From Histomonas meleagridis 2922-C6/04-290x (lineage: Eukaryota > Protista > Parabasalia): 64,000 nt of DNA. The DNA lies in assembly GCA_020184695.1 (NCBI GenBank), contig JAANOX010000099.1, forward strand, positions 62,001 to 126,000, written 5' to 3'. This document shows positions 43,412 to 54,031 of this stretch, piece by piece. The translations under genes and the position numbers were made by a program. The notes beneath the pieces are model-generated. The model saw only the letters and a list, made by a program, of their open reading frames with translations, was not told where the DNA came from and made no database searches. Position 1 is the first letter of the stretch; each line of letters opens with the position of its first letter.

Positions 43412-46400
43412 ATGGAAGAAAATATCGTGATCAAAGCCAACTTTTTTTACGTTACCCGCGAAAGTCAAAGCGAGTACACAAAGACTAAATGGCAGCCATA
43501 TCAAAAGTACACAGCAACCAAAATTTTAGAAACATTTAAGAAAAAACCATTATTTATTGACAATCAAGAAATAAATTCAGTTATTTTCCATAGCCCAACA
43601 TTCAGCTTCTGTCTCCCACCAAATGTAGAACCACTATCAATTTTTCCTCAATTAAAATATGAACTTGAAATGAGACCACATTTTGAAGCTCCTCCTCAAG
43701 ATCCGACTTCTGTTCCAACAGAGCCTAATCCACCAGAAGGAAAACCAATCCAACAACCTCAACCAGAAAACCCCACACCAGAATTAGATGAAACAATGGA
43801 TAATAAAGCTGTACTTAGTTTAATAGATCCGAGTTCCAAATACAGCAAAAGTATTATGATCAATTTTGCTCATTCAGAGAAAAAATATGAAACTTTTGTT
43901 ATCAAAATTCCAATATCTAATATCGATTATGATGGAACCAACTTAAAAGAATTCATTATAAATGCAGTCGGAGATCAAACATTTGAAAAATCACTTACAC
44001 AGTTTGCTAAAACATTAAATGTTCCACCAGAATTAATTCTTCTTAAACAAATTGTCAATGACGAAGAGCATTTTCTCTTCCCTAACACCAAAGTTGCTGA
44101 CCTTATGGAACATTTATTTACATCAGATGGTGTTTTTAGTCCACATGAATTATCATATGATGTATTTGTCACTCCTGAATTACAAAAGCCAACATTACCA
44201 GCTCGTGACCAATATGTAGCTAGCGTAGAAGCATTTTGTCATGACCTTTTAAGTATTCTTAAATATTCCAAACCGTCAGAATTTATTCCAATTACCATCA
44301 AAAATCTCCAAGGATTTATACGCAAAACTTCTATTCCCCTTTCAGAGAATCAAAAGGAGATTCTTAAAGATGCACTTTCCCAAATTCTTCCATCAATAAT
44401 AATTGATTACTTATCACCATATTTCAACAGTAAGATCAGCGGATTGAAATGGTCTGACCTCAAGAACATTGCCACCAAAGAAAATGCGCATCCCAATTAT
44501 ATTAAGGAAGATTCGAATACTGAATTGCTAATTGCGATACATATCTCACGATGGACCACATTTCCGAGCGATGTCATTGAACGTGTTCATTCATCAGAAG
44601 TTGTTTTTTCTAAGTTGATGCCGATGCAAAACATTAATTATTATGGCTACATTGTATATAGTGATTTTATCTCATTACAAACAGGAAAATACTTTTTAAT
44701 ATTAACACGTGGCTTTGTTAACTTAATGAACTTTGCGCCACGTAAAGAAGATTCAGCGCATGAAGTATTACCATTAACGTATAGTTTTAATTGTGGTATT
44801 ATAAATCCATTATTTTATGGTGCTCCAATACAATGTGTAAAGTTTGTACAATTCGAATTCGATAAACCTATAGGTGTCTTATTTACACCGAAAGGAACAT
44901 TAACAATTGACTTTAATACTTTCGAATCATTACATGACTTTTGGTTAATGTTAAATATCTGTCAAAACAATTTGGAGTCATCAATTATCGAACCACCAAT
45001 ACCTAACTTAAAGATCATTATATCATTTCCTTGTATAGGTAATGAATATAACTTTAATGCGAATATTGAAGCGGGACCTGAAAATTGGAAAATTTGTGAA
45101 CCTATAAAACGTATTATCGAGAAATTCGATAAAATTTATGCAAATAATCGAAAGGTTAAAACTATGGTCTCACATGAAAACCCAATTGTTGAATTAAAGT
45201 TTCCTAAAGAAGATGAACATATTAAATATTTAAATTGTTCATATTCTAAGGTCAAAATCTCTGAATATATTAATGTTCCATCGTATGATGATTATCAAGA
45301 ATTATTATTAATATATATTAAATCCACATTAATTGAACTTGCATGTTCAACAAATCGTGCGTATCAATTCAAGTTATTTAATTATCTTAAGATCAGTGAT
45401 TTTAATTTCTCATTTGAGATTAATTCTGCCGAATTATTACAATTCCAATTAAAACATTTTGGTTCATTATTAAATACATATAAAAAACGTTCATCGCCAT
45501 TATTACATTTTATATCATTATTCACTGATAACTTAGAGTTCCTTAAGATGATCATAAACAAAAAAGATATAAACAAAAGAGATGGCGATGGACGAACAGC
45601 ATTATTTTATTCATTACGTAATCCATCCACATCGATCACACAAACTTTAATCGAAAATGATATTGATGTAGATTTAGGTGATAAACAAAGTGAAACATGT
45701 TTAACTAAATCAATCGAAATTGGACTTCCAGAGAAGACAAACTTCTTAGCGAGTAATGGCTCTTCCATTAATCAAACGTTAAAGGACTTACATCAATCGG
45801 CATTAATCTTCTCTATTAAATGTGGGTATTATGACATCTTCGAAAAACTTTTAACATTTTGTGATTCGTCATACTTAAACTATCCAACGTCTGATGAAGA
45901 ATATCTTACACATATCTTAATCAAGTACAAACTTGAAGATCAATTATATCTATTAGCAAAACGTTGTCCAGACTTTAATCCAAATCGTTATACTGATAAA
46001 TTACCTCATCCATTACATTATTTCTTTGATAGTGGAAATAATGAAACTTATGATCCAGACTTATTTAAGGCGTTGTTATCTTTACCAAACTTAAACTTAA
46101 ATGTAAGAAATGCAATCGGACAAACGCCGTTAAGTAGATGCGTAAAATCAAACGCAATTTCAATATTAAAACATTTGGTAGAAGACCCAAGATGTGATCT
46201 CGATTTACAAGATGAAAATCATCAGTCATGTTTATACATAGCTGTAAGTCAAAGATCAAAAGAAGCTGTGGAATTGTTGGTGAAGAACGGAGCGTTGGGA
46301 AACGCACCGAATAATGATAACGAAAGAAATACGCCGCTGTCGTTGGCAGTGAAAAACGGTGACGAAGAAATAGTGAAAGTTTTGTTGCAATATGGCGCTG

Positions 46401-46525
46401 ACCCAAATAAATGGTATAATAGAGAAGGTAAACTACCAACACATCTTGCATCAAAGGAAATGTTGGAGATGTTTAAACAAAAACAAATGTTGAACAGAGT
46501 TTTCCCAGTAAGAGAACCAGAATAA
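43412..46525 (+). CDS. Large protein with uninterrupted C-terminal ankyrin repeats
   Basis: DINKRDGDGRTALFYS, LNVRNAIGQTPLSRC, NTPLSLAVKNGDEEIVKVLLQYGADPN. No spacers are present. Confidence 0.85.
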   Translation: MEENIVIKANFFYVTRESQSEYTKTKWQPYQKYTATKILETFKKKPLFIDNQEINSVIFHSPTFSFCLPPNVEPLSIFPQLKYELEMRPHFEAPPQDPTSVPTEPNPPEGKPIQQPQPENPTPELDETMDNKAVLSLIDPSSKYSKSIMINFAHSEKKYETFVIKIPISNIDYDGTNLKEFIINAVGDQTFEKSLTQFAKTLNVPPELILLKQIVNDEEHFLFPNTKVADLMEHLFTSDGVFSPHELSYDVFVTPELQKPTLPARDQYVASVEAFCHDLLSILKYSKPSEFIPITIKNLQGFIRKTSIPLSENQKEILKDALSQILPSIIIDYLSPYFNSKISGLKWSDLKNIATKENAHPNYIKEDSNTELLIAIHISRWTTFPSDVIERVHSSEVVFSKLMPMQNINYYGYIVYSDFISLQTGKYFLILTRGFVNLMNFAPRKEDSAHEVLPLTYSFNCGIINPLFYGAPIQCVKFVQFEFDKPIGVLFTPKGTLTIDFNTFESLHDFWLMLNICQNNLESSIIEPPIPNLKIIISFPCIGNEYNFNANIEAGPENWKICEPIKRIIEKFDKIYANNRKVKTMVSHENPIVELKFPKEDEHIKYLNCSYSKVKISEYINVPSYDDYQELLLIYIKSTLIELACSTNRAYQFKLFNYLKISDFNFSFEINSAELLQFQLKHFGSLLNTYKKRSSPLLHFISLFTDNLEFLKMIINKKDINKRDGDGRTALFYSLRNPSTSITQTLIENDIDVDLGDKQSETCLTKSIEIGLPEKTNFLASNGSSINQTLKDLHQSALIFSIKCGYYDIFEKLLTFCDSSYLNYPTSDEEYLTHILIKYKLEDQLYLLAKRCPDFNPNRYTDKLPHPLHYFFDSGNNETYDPDLFKALLSLPNLNLNVRNAIGQTPLSRCVKSNAISILKHLVEDPRCDLDLQDENHQSCLYIAVSQRSKEAVELLVKNGALGNAPNNDNERNTPLSLAVKNGDEEIVKVLLQYGADPNKWYNREGKLPTHLASKEMLEMFKQKQMLNRVFPVREPE

Positions 46526-46917
46526 ATTTGCGAAATAAAAAATTCGAATTTTTTTTCTTTTTTAAAAAATTTGTGTTAAATTAAAAATACTTTACGCGTT
46601 TCATGGCGAAAAAAGAGATTATTAAAATAACACTTCAATAAGAAAGAAAATTGCTGAAAAGATTTGATGATCTCTTCGTTAAAAAATTTTAAAATCGGGA
46701 TTTCTAATGCAAGCTTAAAAAATTGTATATACTATGAAAATGGTATGTGCACAAAGATACAACAATGTGGTCAGCAAAAAAGTTTTTAGGGAAGAAAAGA
46801 TCCCTAGATGAAACGATACGAATTTCAAAATGACGATAATGTTTTTCTGATTATTGAATTTGTCTATCGCTTTATTTTCACTTTTTTAATGGTTATTTGG
46901 TTTCCAAGTTACAGAAG

Positions 46918-47613
46918 ATGCTGAGTTGTGGTTTGTTGAGAAGAAAATTTAATTTAAAATCTGGCGTTTTGGGTCCTTTAGAAACAAACTGCTATTTGTT
47001 GGATTTCAATGGTAAATGTTTGGTTATTGACCCTGGAGCTATATCTGATGACGTAAATAATTGGATTAAGGAAAAATCTAAAGTAGAACCACCAAATATA
47101 TATTTGACGCATGGTCATTTTGATCATATTGGAGGAGTTAGAAGTATATTAGAAGAGTTCCCTGAAACAAAGGTTTATATTTCAAAAAATGATTTGGAAT
47201 TTTTAACAAATCCAAGATTAAACCTGTCTGAAAATATGGGATTTGAAGTGGATCTTAAGGATTTCATAAAAAATTTGAACTTTATTAAGCATGGTCAAGA
47301 ATTAAAATTTGGTGATGAATCATTAAAGGTTTTAGACCTTCCAGGACATACTCCTGGAGGAACAGGGTTATACTCTTCCAAGGAAAAAATGGTTTTTGTT
47401 GGTGATACTCTTTTCCAATCATCAATTGGAAGAACTGACTTCCCAAAATCTAATTTCAAAAGTTTAATGAAAGGCATAATGGAACATTTAATGGCTCTTC
47501 CAGATGATACTCTTGTGCTTCCTGGTCATGGCCCAACGACGACGATTGGTAAAGAAAGATCATCAAACATGTTCATCCAAACAGAAATCATCAAAGCACA
47601 ACGAAAATTATAA
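46918..47613 (+). CDS. Metallo-beta-lactamase-fold hydrolase, glyoxalase II/YcbL-like
   Basis: Motifs LGPLETNCYL, IDPG, THGHFDHIGG, PGHTPG, VGDTLFQSSIGRTDF, VLPGHGPTTTIGKER. Confidence 0.9.
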   Translation: MLSCGLLRRKFNLKSGVLGPLETNCYLLDFNGKCLVIDPGAISDDVNNWIKEKSKVEPPNIYLTHGHFDHIGGVRSILEEFPETKVYISKNDLEFLTNPRLNLSENMGFEVDLKDFIKNLNFIKHGQELKFGDESLKVLDLPGHTPGGTGLYSSKEKMVFVGDTLFQSSIGRTDFPKSNFKSLMKGIMEHLMALPDDTLVLPGHGPTTTIGKERSSNMFIQTEIIKAQRKL

Positions 47614-47869
47614 ATAAATTAAAACTTTTGATACCTAATTTATACAGCATGTTGTGTAACAAAAAAACAAAGTACATATGTAAATCTCCATCTAAATTTA
47701 CAGAATCTATTCACAAAAGATAATTCAATCAGCCGATAATTTAAACTTGTTTTGTAGAAAATAAGTTCGACAATTTTGTATATATTGTTAATTTAGTCAA
47801 GGCATTTAAAGAAAGATGTGTTACTGCAAAGCAGAAGAAAAATATGAAAATGAAAAGTGACTATTTACA

Positions 47870-48550
47870 ATGGGAGAAAGCGTTGCTTGGCCAAACCAAA
47901 TCAAAGCAGTAATTTTTGATAACGATGGCGTTATTCTTGATACCCTTCCTCTTTACTACGAAGCTTTGGCTCGAATTGTTCCACCTCCATTTGAACAAAG
48001 TTTGATTGATCGAGTGAACGGAAGGTCAGATATGGAAGCTAGCAAAATATTTATTGAACATTTTCATCTCGATATGACTCCAGAAGAATTATGTGAAAAA
48101 AGATTTAAAATTCTTCAGGAACTATTCCCAACTTCAAAACTTGTACCAGGAGTTGACAAAATTATCAGAGCAATCCACGAAAAACACATTCCTCTTGCAG
48201 TTGCTACAAGTTCTGAAAGATCACTCCATGAAACCAAAACATCCAATTACAAAGATTTATACTCATTATTTGATGTAACAATTTGTGGAAATGATGTAAC
48301 TGCTGCAAAACCATCGCCCGAAATATTTCAAGTTGCAAGTAAAAGATTAGGCAATTATCAACCAGAAAATGTTCTCGTATTTGAAGACTCTTTCCATGGA
48401 ATAAAGGCTGCTAACACTGCTGGAATGGCAACTTGCTTCATACATCCACCATTTGAAGATGCAGAACGTGAATTTAAAGAAAAAGGCATCAATCCAAGTT
48501 ATCAGATTTCTTCATTTAATGAATTTGATTTCAACAAATTTATTTGGTAA
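47870..48550 (+). CDS. HAD-superfamily hydrolase (pseudouridine-5'-phosphatase/HDHD1-like)
   Basis: Motifs IFDNDGVILDT, AVATSS, KPSPEIF, VFEDSFHGIKAA. Confidence 0.88.
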   Translation: MGESVAWPNQIKAVIFDNDGVILDTLPLYYEALARIVPPPFEQSLIDRVNGRSDMEASKIFIEHFHLDMTPEELCEKRFKILQELFPTSKLVPGVDKIIRAIHEKHIPLAVATSSERSLHETKTSNYKDLYSLFDVTICGNDVTAAKPSPEIFQVASKRLGNYQPENVLVFEDSFHGIKAANTAGMATCFIHPPFEDAEREFKEKGINPSYQISSFNEFDFNKFIW

Positions 48551-48884
48551 ATAGTATTAAATTTAGCAATGATAAAGAAAAAATCTTTTTTAATATATGC
48601 TTAGAATTTCAATTATTTTTTGAAACAAATGTAAAATATGAGTGGCAATGGATATGTGCCAAGGACAGTTTTAAAAAACTTATCATAAAGACTTAATTTA
48701 AAATAATTTGAAAAGTTTTGCAAAATGTTTAAAATTCAATATTGACAATGACGTTAGATTTTACGGTCAAAATTTTCACAACCGGTTTTGGGTCCAGAAA
48801 TAAAAAATTGACGTTCAGTATTTTCAATAGAAGATTTTATTGTTCAGAAAAACTTATTATAACCCTTTTTAAAACCGCTTAAGA

Positions 48885-49502
48885 TTGAGAACTCTGCACA
48901 AAACGAATTTGGACAAGACAGAAGAAGATATCATTGCTTTTTGGATTCAGCAACTTACGAATTCATATCAAAAGCCTGCCCTTGTTTTGGCCCTTGACCA
49001 TGTAATGGTGAGGCAAACGCAAATTCATACAAGTAAAACAGATTTCTATATTACAAGCAAAAGAAAGGTTTTCATAGAAGAAAGACCAAAAATGGCAACA
49101 TTTCTGGAAAGCATTTCGATGTATTATACAATTTATTTTTTTACTTCCCAAGAAAGAGATGTTGCAATGAAGATTATCCACAAAATCGCACCATTTGTTT
49201 CAGAAAAAAATTGCTTTTGTAGGGATAATTGTATGTTCAAATGGGGATATACAATAAAAGATCTAAGAAGAATAGGTATGCCATTGGAAAGAGTTGTAAT
49301 GGTTGATTCTTCCATTGGATCTGCTCTTTTACAGCCAATGAATTGTATTGGAATAACTTCATGGGATGGAGGAGATAATGACCATGTATTAATGGATGAA
49401 CTTTATCCATTGCTTGTTGAAATACAGCAAAAAGATGACATTGTTCTTGCCTTAAGAAAACGCATCAATACTTATTCCCAAAACATTTACGGCTACAATT
49501 GA
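48885..49502 (+). CDS. NIF/FCP1-like (CTD small phosphatase/TIM50-type) domain protein lacking DxDxT; 5' end unclear
   Basis: LVLALDHVMV, ERPKMATFLE, FTSQERDVA, KDLRRIGMPLERVVMVDSS. There is no in-frame ATG before the domain. Confidence 0.7.
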   Translation: MRTLHKTNLDKTEEDIIAFWIQQLTNSYQKPALVLALDHVMVRQTQIHTSKTDFYITSKRKVFIEERPKMATFLESISMYYTIYFFTSQERDVAMKIIHKIAPFVSEKNCFCRDNCMFKWGYTIKDLRRIGMPLERVVMVDSSIGSALLQPMNCIGITSWDGGDNDHVLMDELYPLLVEIQQKDDIVLALRKRINTYSQNIYGYN

Positions 49503-49651
49503 ATAAATAATGATTTTCATGGAAATTTCCTATTTACTTATTTTGAGATTTTTACATAGAATTTAACAATTGTATCTTAAGATATAACACTTGAGTAATT
49601 GAAATTTCTGTCCGAAAAAATAAAATACGTTAGAGCGTTAACACCACTTTT

Positions 49652-50668
49652 ATGATTTCAAACCAAACAAGAATTGGACCGTATATTCTTTCTGAAGTTA
49701 TTGGAAGAGGGTCTTTTTCCATTGTTAGGCTTGCTGTCAATGAAATTAATAATAAAACATATAGTTGTAAAATAATTCAAAAAAGTTCTATTAAAAATCC
49801 GAACCATTACAAACGTTTTCAACTCGAAATACGCACAAACCAGCAAATACATCATCCAGGTATTGTTAAAATTTTGGATGTGTTAGCTGATTCAAACTCA
49901 TATTTTATAATCATGGAATACTGTTCTAAAGGCAATCTATTAAGCTACGTAGTAAAGAAAAAACGATTAAAAGAAGATGAAGCAAGAATTTTTTCTTACC
50001 AATTATTAAGCACTCTTCAATTTATTCATTCACAAGGAATTTGTCATCGAGACCTCAAACCAGAAAACATTTTAATAGACGAAAACAATGATATCAGAAT
50101 CTCAGATTTTGGACTATCAAATTTTGTAGATAAAAACGGTTTTACATCCACACCTGTTGGCTCACCATTTTATGCATCACCAGAGTGTCTTAGTGGTTTT
50201 CGGTACAATGGGTGTAAAAGTGATATATGGAGTTGTGGAGTCATTATGTTTGCAATGTTGACCGGAAAAATGCCTTGGAAAAGCAGAATTATTTCACAGG
50301 TGATAGGTCAAATACGAAGAGGCCAATATGAAATTCCTACATACTTAAGTAAAGAATGCAGACAGCTCATCAAAGGGCTGATGACTGTAAACCTTTCAAA
50401 AAGGCTGACGATACCAGAAGCACTCCAAATGAGTTGGTTCCAAGGGAAAGAACTTAGAGAAATACCAATAAGAATATCACAAGATCTTTCACTTCGAAGG
50501 GTTGATAGATTCTTCTATTCAGAAGAAGGAGAAATTTCTTGGAAAAAACCTCAAATTCGCGAATTTAGTTCCGAACATATAATTTTCGATGCTGTCATCA
50601 AACAGATTGCAAACAAAGCAACAAATATCAAATTTAGTCACAGAAAAAACTTATCTAATAATGCGTAA
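49652..50668 (+). CDS. CAMK-group (SNF1/AMPK-related) Ser/Thr protein kinase
   Basis: Motifs GRGSFS, HRDLKPENILI, DFGLS, GSPFYASPE, DIWSCGVIMFAML. Confidence 0.9.
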   Translation: MISNQTRIGPYILSEVIGRGSFSIVRLAVNEINNKTYSCKIIQKSSIKNPNHYKRFQLEIRTNQQIHHPGIVKILDVLADSNSYFIIMEYCSKGNLLSYVVKKKRLKEDEARIFSYQLLSTLQFIHSQGICHRDLKPENILIDENNDIRISDFGLSNFVDKNGFTSTPVGSPFYASPECLSGFRYNGCKSDIWSCGVIMFAMLTGKMPWKSRIISQVIGQIRRGQYEIPTYLSKECRQLIKGLMTVNLSKRLTIPEALQMSWFQGKELREIPIRISQDLSLRRVDRFFYSEEGEISWKKPQIREFSSEHIIFDAVIKQIANKATNIKFSHRKNLSNNA

Positions 50669-50732
50669 TGTGTAAATGTAATATATCTTTTTATTTGTAT
50701 GAAATATAAAAATGTTTTTATATGCTTATATT

Positions 50733-52073
50733 TTAATTACCTTCTTGTCCAAATTCTTTTGTCCATTCTTCAAATCTAATAAGATCTTTTGGTGAGACTG
50801 ATGGGCGCACTTTCTGAATACTTCCACGAAAATCATCAATTGTTAATGCAGGTGGCTTAATCATTGAAAGTTGCTCATTTGTCATTTCAAGTACAGTGAT
50901 ATGAATCGAATTCGGTGTACCTGGATTACAAGGATAAAGTTGTCCTTGATATTCAACAAAGTTTTCTGCTTGTTGTATACGGTTTACAGGCGCCATTGCT
51001 GCATCACGTGCAAGAATATTCATGTCTGCACCTGAATAACCTTCAGTCATCCTTGCAACTTCTTGTATATCTTCATCTGTAAGTTCAGATGGAGTATCTT
51101 TTGTTTTAAGACGAACAAGTGCAAGTCGTGCTTCATAATCTGGGAGTGGAATATAAATCTTTTTCTCAAATCGCCTTCTTACTGCTGCATCAATTCCCCA
51201 TGGAATATTTGTAGCGGCAAGAATAAGAATTCCATCCATAGACTTACCTACTCCATCCATTTGAATAAGAAATTCCGTTTTAATCCTACGCGCTCCTTCA
51301 GAATCATTCTCTGTTCGTTCTGAAAGAAGTGAATCAATTTCATCAATAAATACGATTGCAGGTTTCTTCTCGCGTGCGGTATCGAATAATGCTCGAATAA
51401 GTTTTTCCGATTCACCAACCCATTTAGATACAAGATCAGATGTGGAAACAGTTAAAAAAGTTGAATTATTGGCTTCTGTTGCTGTTGCTTTTGCTATAAA
51501 TGATTTACCAGTCCCTGGAGGACCATAAAGAAGAATACCACGCCATGGAGCACGTTGCCCAGTAAAGAACTGTGGAAGTTTTAATGGCAGTATGACTGCT
51601 TGGACAAGGTTTCTTTTAGCTTCGGCTAAACCTGCTACATCATCCCATTTAATATTAGGTTTTTCAACAAGAATAGCACTAGATATACGATCTTTGAATT
51701 CTCCACTTTCATCATCTTTTTTATTACTATTAGTCCCACCATTTGAGGAACTACCACCATTACCATATTTACCTCTGCTACTTGGCCTTGAATTTAATGT
51801 GGAGCCACTTGAACATTCAATAGTTGGAGTAACTTGAATATTATCAAGTGCACTTGCACGCTCTTCACATTGTTTCATACGTTGAATACAGCAATCTTTA
51901 ACATTTGGGTTTAATGTTGGTTGATCTGAAGCCAATTTGAATTTTACTTTAGCACTATTATAATATTGCTTAGCTTGGGTATAATTTCCTGAGCGATCAA
52001 ATGCTATTGCGCTTTGTAAAAGCCTGTTAGCTTCAGTCATATACATCATTCCGTTGTCTCTTCGATTATACAT
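50733..52073 (-). CDS. VPS4: ESCRT AAA-ATPase Vps4 (MIT + AAA + Vps4_C)
   Basis: N-terminal MIT; EKPNIKWDDVAGL, GILLYGPPGTGKS, DLVSKWVGESEKL, FIDEIDSL; C-terminal FEEWTKEFGQEG. Confidence 0.95.
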   Translation of the reverse strand: MYNRRDNGMMYMTEANRLLQSAIAFDRSGNYTQAKQYYNSAKVKFKLASDQPTLNPNVKDCCIQRMKQCEERASALDNIQVTPTIECSSGSTLNSRPSSRGKYGNGGSSSNGGTNSNKKDDESGEFKDRISSAILVEKPNIKWDDVAGLAEAKRNLVQAVILPLKLPQFFTGQRAPWRGILLYGPPGTGKSFIAKATATEANNSTFLTVSTSDLVSKWVGESEKLIRALFDTAREKKPAIVFIDEIDSLLSERTENDSEGARRIKTEFLIQMDGVGKSMDGILILAATNIPWGIDAAVRRRFEKKIYIPLPDYEARLALVRLKTKDTPSELTDEDIQEVARMTEGYSGADMNILARDAAMAPVNRIQQAENFVEYQGQLYPCNPGTPNSIHITVLEMTNEQLSMIKPPALTIDDFRGSIQKVRPSVSPKDLIRFEEWTKEFGQEGN

Positions 52074-52470
52074 CTTTTTAGTAGAGCTAATTTTTCAATT
52101 ATTTTAAAACTTTGATTTTCTAAAAATTTCATATAATAAGAATCAAAAATTTTTAACTATACACAAAGATTTAATACTTATTTTATTAAACCATTACAGA
52201 TTTAAAATAAATTATAATTCATAAAGAGTTAAAAACGATATTTGTAAATCATAAAATGAGTTTTGAAAGATCTTATTTTCATTTAAATAATTTTATTCAA
52301 CTCTTTGCTTAAATGCTCATAAGTACAAAAAACATATGTATTAAAAATAACCTTATTTTTTTTAAACATTTGATTAAAACTTATAACAATTTTTAATGTT
52401 TTTAATTTCCAATTTTCCTTGGTGACGGAGGACGTTTATTTTACAAGGCGAGGGCTTCAACCCTTCATTC

Positions 52471-53910
52471 ATGAATTACAAGAGAAATATAAAAATTCTC
52501 TTTATCATATTCGCCTTGTTGCTTTTGTTTTATGGAATCAATTATATTTTAGTGTTCATTAAGTACGTAAAATTTGGAAAAAGAGGAAATCTGAAAAAAT
52601 ACCAGGATGAAATCCGCAAAGTTATGAAAGAGTCATGGGACGCTTACTGTAAATATGCATGGGGATATGATTTTTTAGGTCCTCAATCACAAGAAGGAAT
52701 TAATTGGTTTGGAGCAAGTTATACAATAATTGACTCACTAGATTCTCTGATAATTATGGGTTTAGATGATGAACTAAGGAAAGCACGTGATTGGATCAAT
52801 TCTTCATTACAATTAAATTCCAAAGTTTCTCTTTTTGAAACAGTTGTTCGTTGTGTTGGAGGCCTCCTTACAGCATACGAGCAGACAGGCGATAAAGTTT
52901 TCTTAGACGCTGCAAAAAAATTTGGAGACTCATTACTTCCAGCATTCAATACACAAACTGGAATTCCACGTGTTCTTATAAATCTCAAAACTGGTGAATC
53001 AGATGATTATTCCTGGTGTAAAGAAAGCACAATTCTTGCTGATGCAGGCACATGTCAAATTGAATTTTTAGATCTCAGCATTCACACAGGTGATCCAAAA
53101 TATTTCAATGCTGCCATGAAAGCACGAAATTCTCTTCTTCTTCTTGGTCCTGTTCCACCCACTATGATAGATCATGACTATCTTTTTCCAACACGAGAAG
53201 AGTATTCATTTGATGCATATGGTGATTCATATTTTGAATATCTTATTAAGCTCAAATACTTTTCACCAAGCAATGAAACCAACCAAAATGAGTTTAATCT
53301 TGCAATGCAAGAAGGTATTTCGCGTCTCGGATTTACATCACGCAAGACGTCACTCAATTATTTAGCAAGGTCTGTCAATGGTGAAATGTTACATGAAATA
53401 TCGCATCTATCGTTCTTCTTACCAGGAACGTTATATCTTGCATCACTTATTGAGCATGAATATAAAGAACTTTACCTTAAGCTAGCTAATGAACTTCTTG
53501 ATACAGCTGTATTTTTATATAATATGCAACCAACAGGACTTGGAGGAGAATCAGCACGATTTTTAAGTCATTATCCAAATGTTATTTGGTATGATGACAC
53601 ATATAAATTAAGGCCAGAACTTGTTGAATCATTGTTTTATTGTTGGAGAGTTACACATAATGTAAAAGCTCGAATTCAAGCATGGAAAATATTCGAATCG
53701 ATAAAGAAGTATTGTGATACAGGAAGTGGATACTCAACAGTAAAAGATACATCAAAACAAGTTGTGATGTATGAGGATGTACAGGACTCGTTCTTTTTAT
53801 CAGAGACACTGAAATATTTGTATCTGATATTTTGTGATGACGATACATTTTCTTTGGATGATTATGTATTTACAACGGAAGCACATCCATTGAAGAGAGT
53901 GCGATCATGA
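52471..53910 (+). CDS. MNS1: Glycoside hydrolase family 47 alpha-1,2-mannosidase, type II membrane protein
   Basis: N-terminal TM; WDAYCKYAWGYD, TIIDSLDSL, FETVVRCVGGLL, DSYFEYLIK, LRPELVES, QDSFFLSETLKYLYL, TTEAHP. Confidence 0.93.
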   Translation: MNYKRNIKILFIIFALLLLFYGINYILVFIKYVKFGKRGNLKKYQDEIRKVMKESWDAYCKYAWGYDFLGPQSQEGINWFGASYTIIDSLDSLIIMGLDDELRKARDWINSSLQLNSKVSLFETVVRCVGGLLTAYEQTGDKVFLDAAKKFGDSLLPAFNTQTGIPRVLINLKTGESDDYSWCKESTILADAGTCQIEFLDLSIHTGDPKYFNAAMKARNSLLLLGPVPPTMIDHDYLFPTREEYSFDAYGDSYFEYLIKLKYFSPSNETNQNEFNLAMQEGISRLGFTSRKTSLNYLARSVNGEMLHEISHLSFFLPGTLYLASLIEHEYKELYLKLANELLDTAVFLYNMQPTGLGGESARFLSHYPNVIWYDDTYKLRPELVESLFYCWRVTHNVKARIQAWKIFESIKKYCDTGSGYSTVKDTSKQVVMYEDVQDSFFLSETLKYLYLIFCDDDTFSLDDYVFTTEAHPLKRVRS

Positions 53911-54031
53911 TCATATTTATATGTATATGAATAAAAGTTGTTTTGTGTATTTAAACTCGAATAAAAATTTTTATTTAAGTAAAAAATTGTTGAAATTTAA
54001 AAGTTTATTATAAAAATAAATCGAATTTTTT

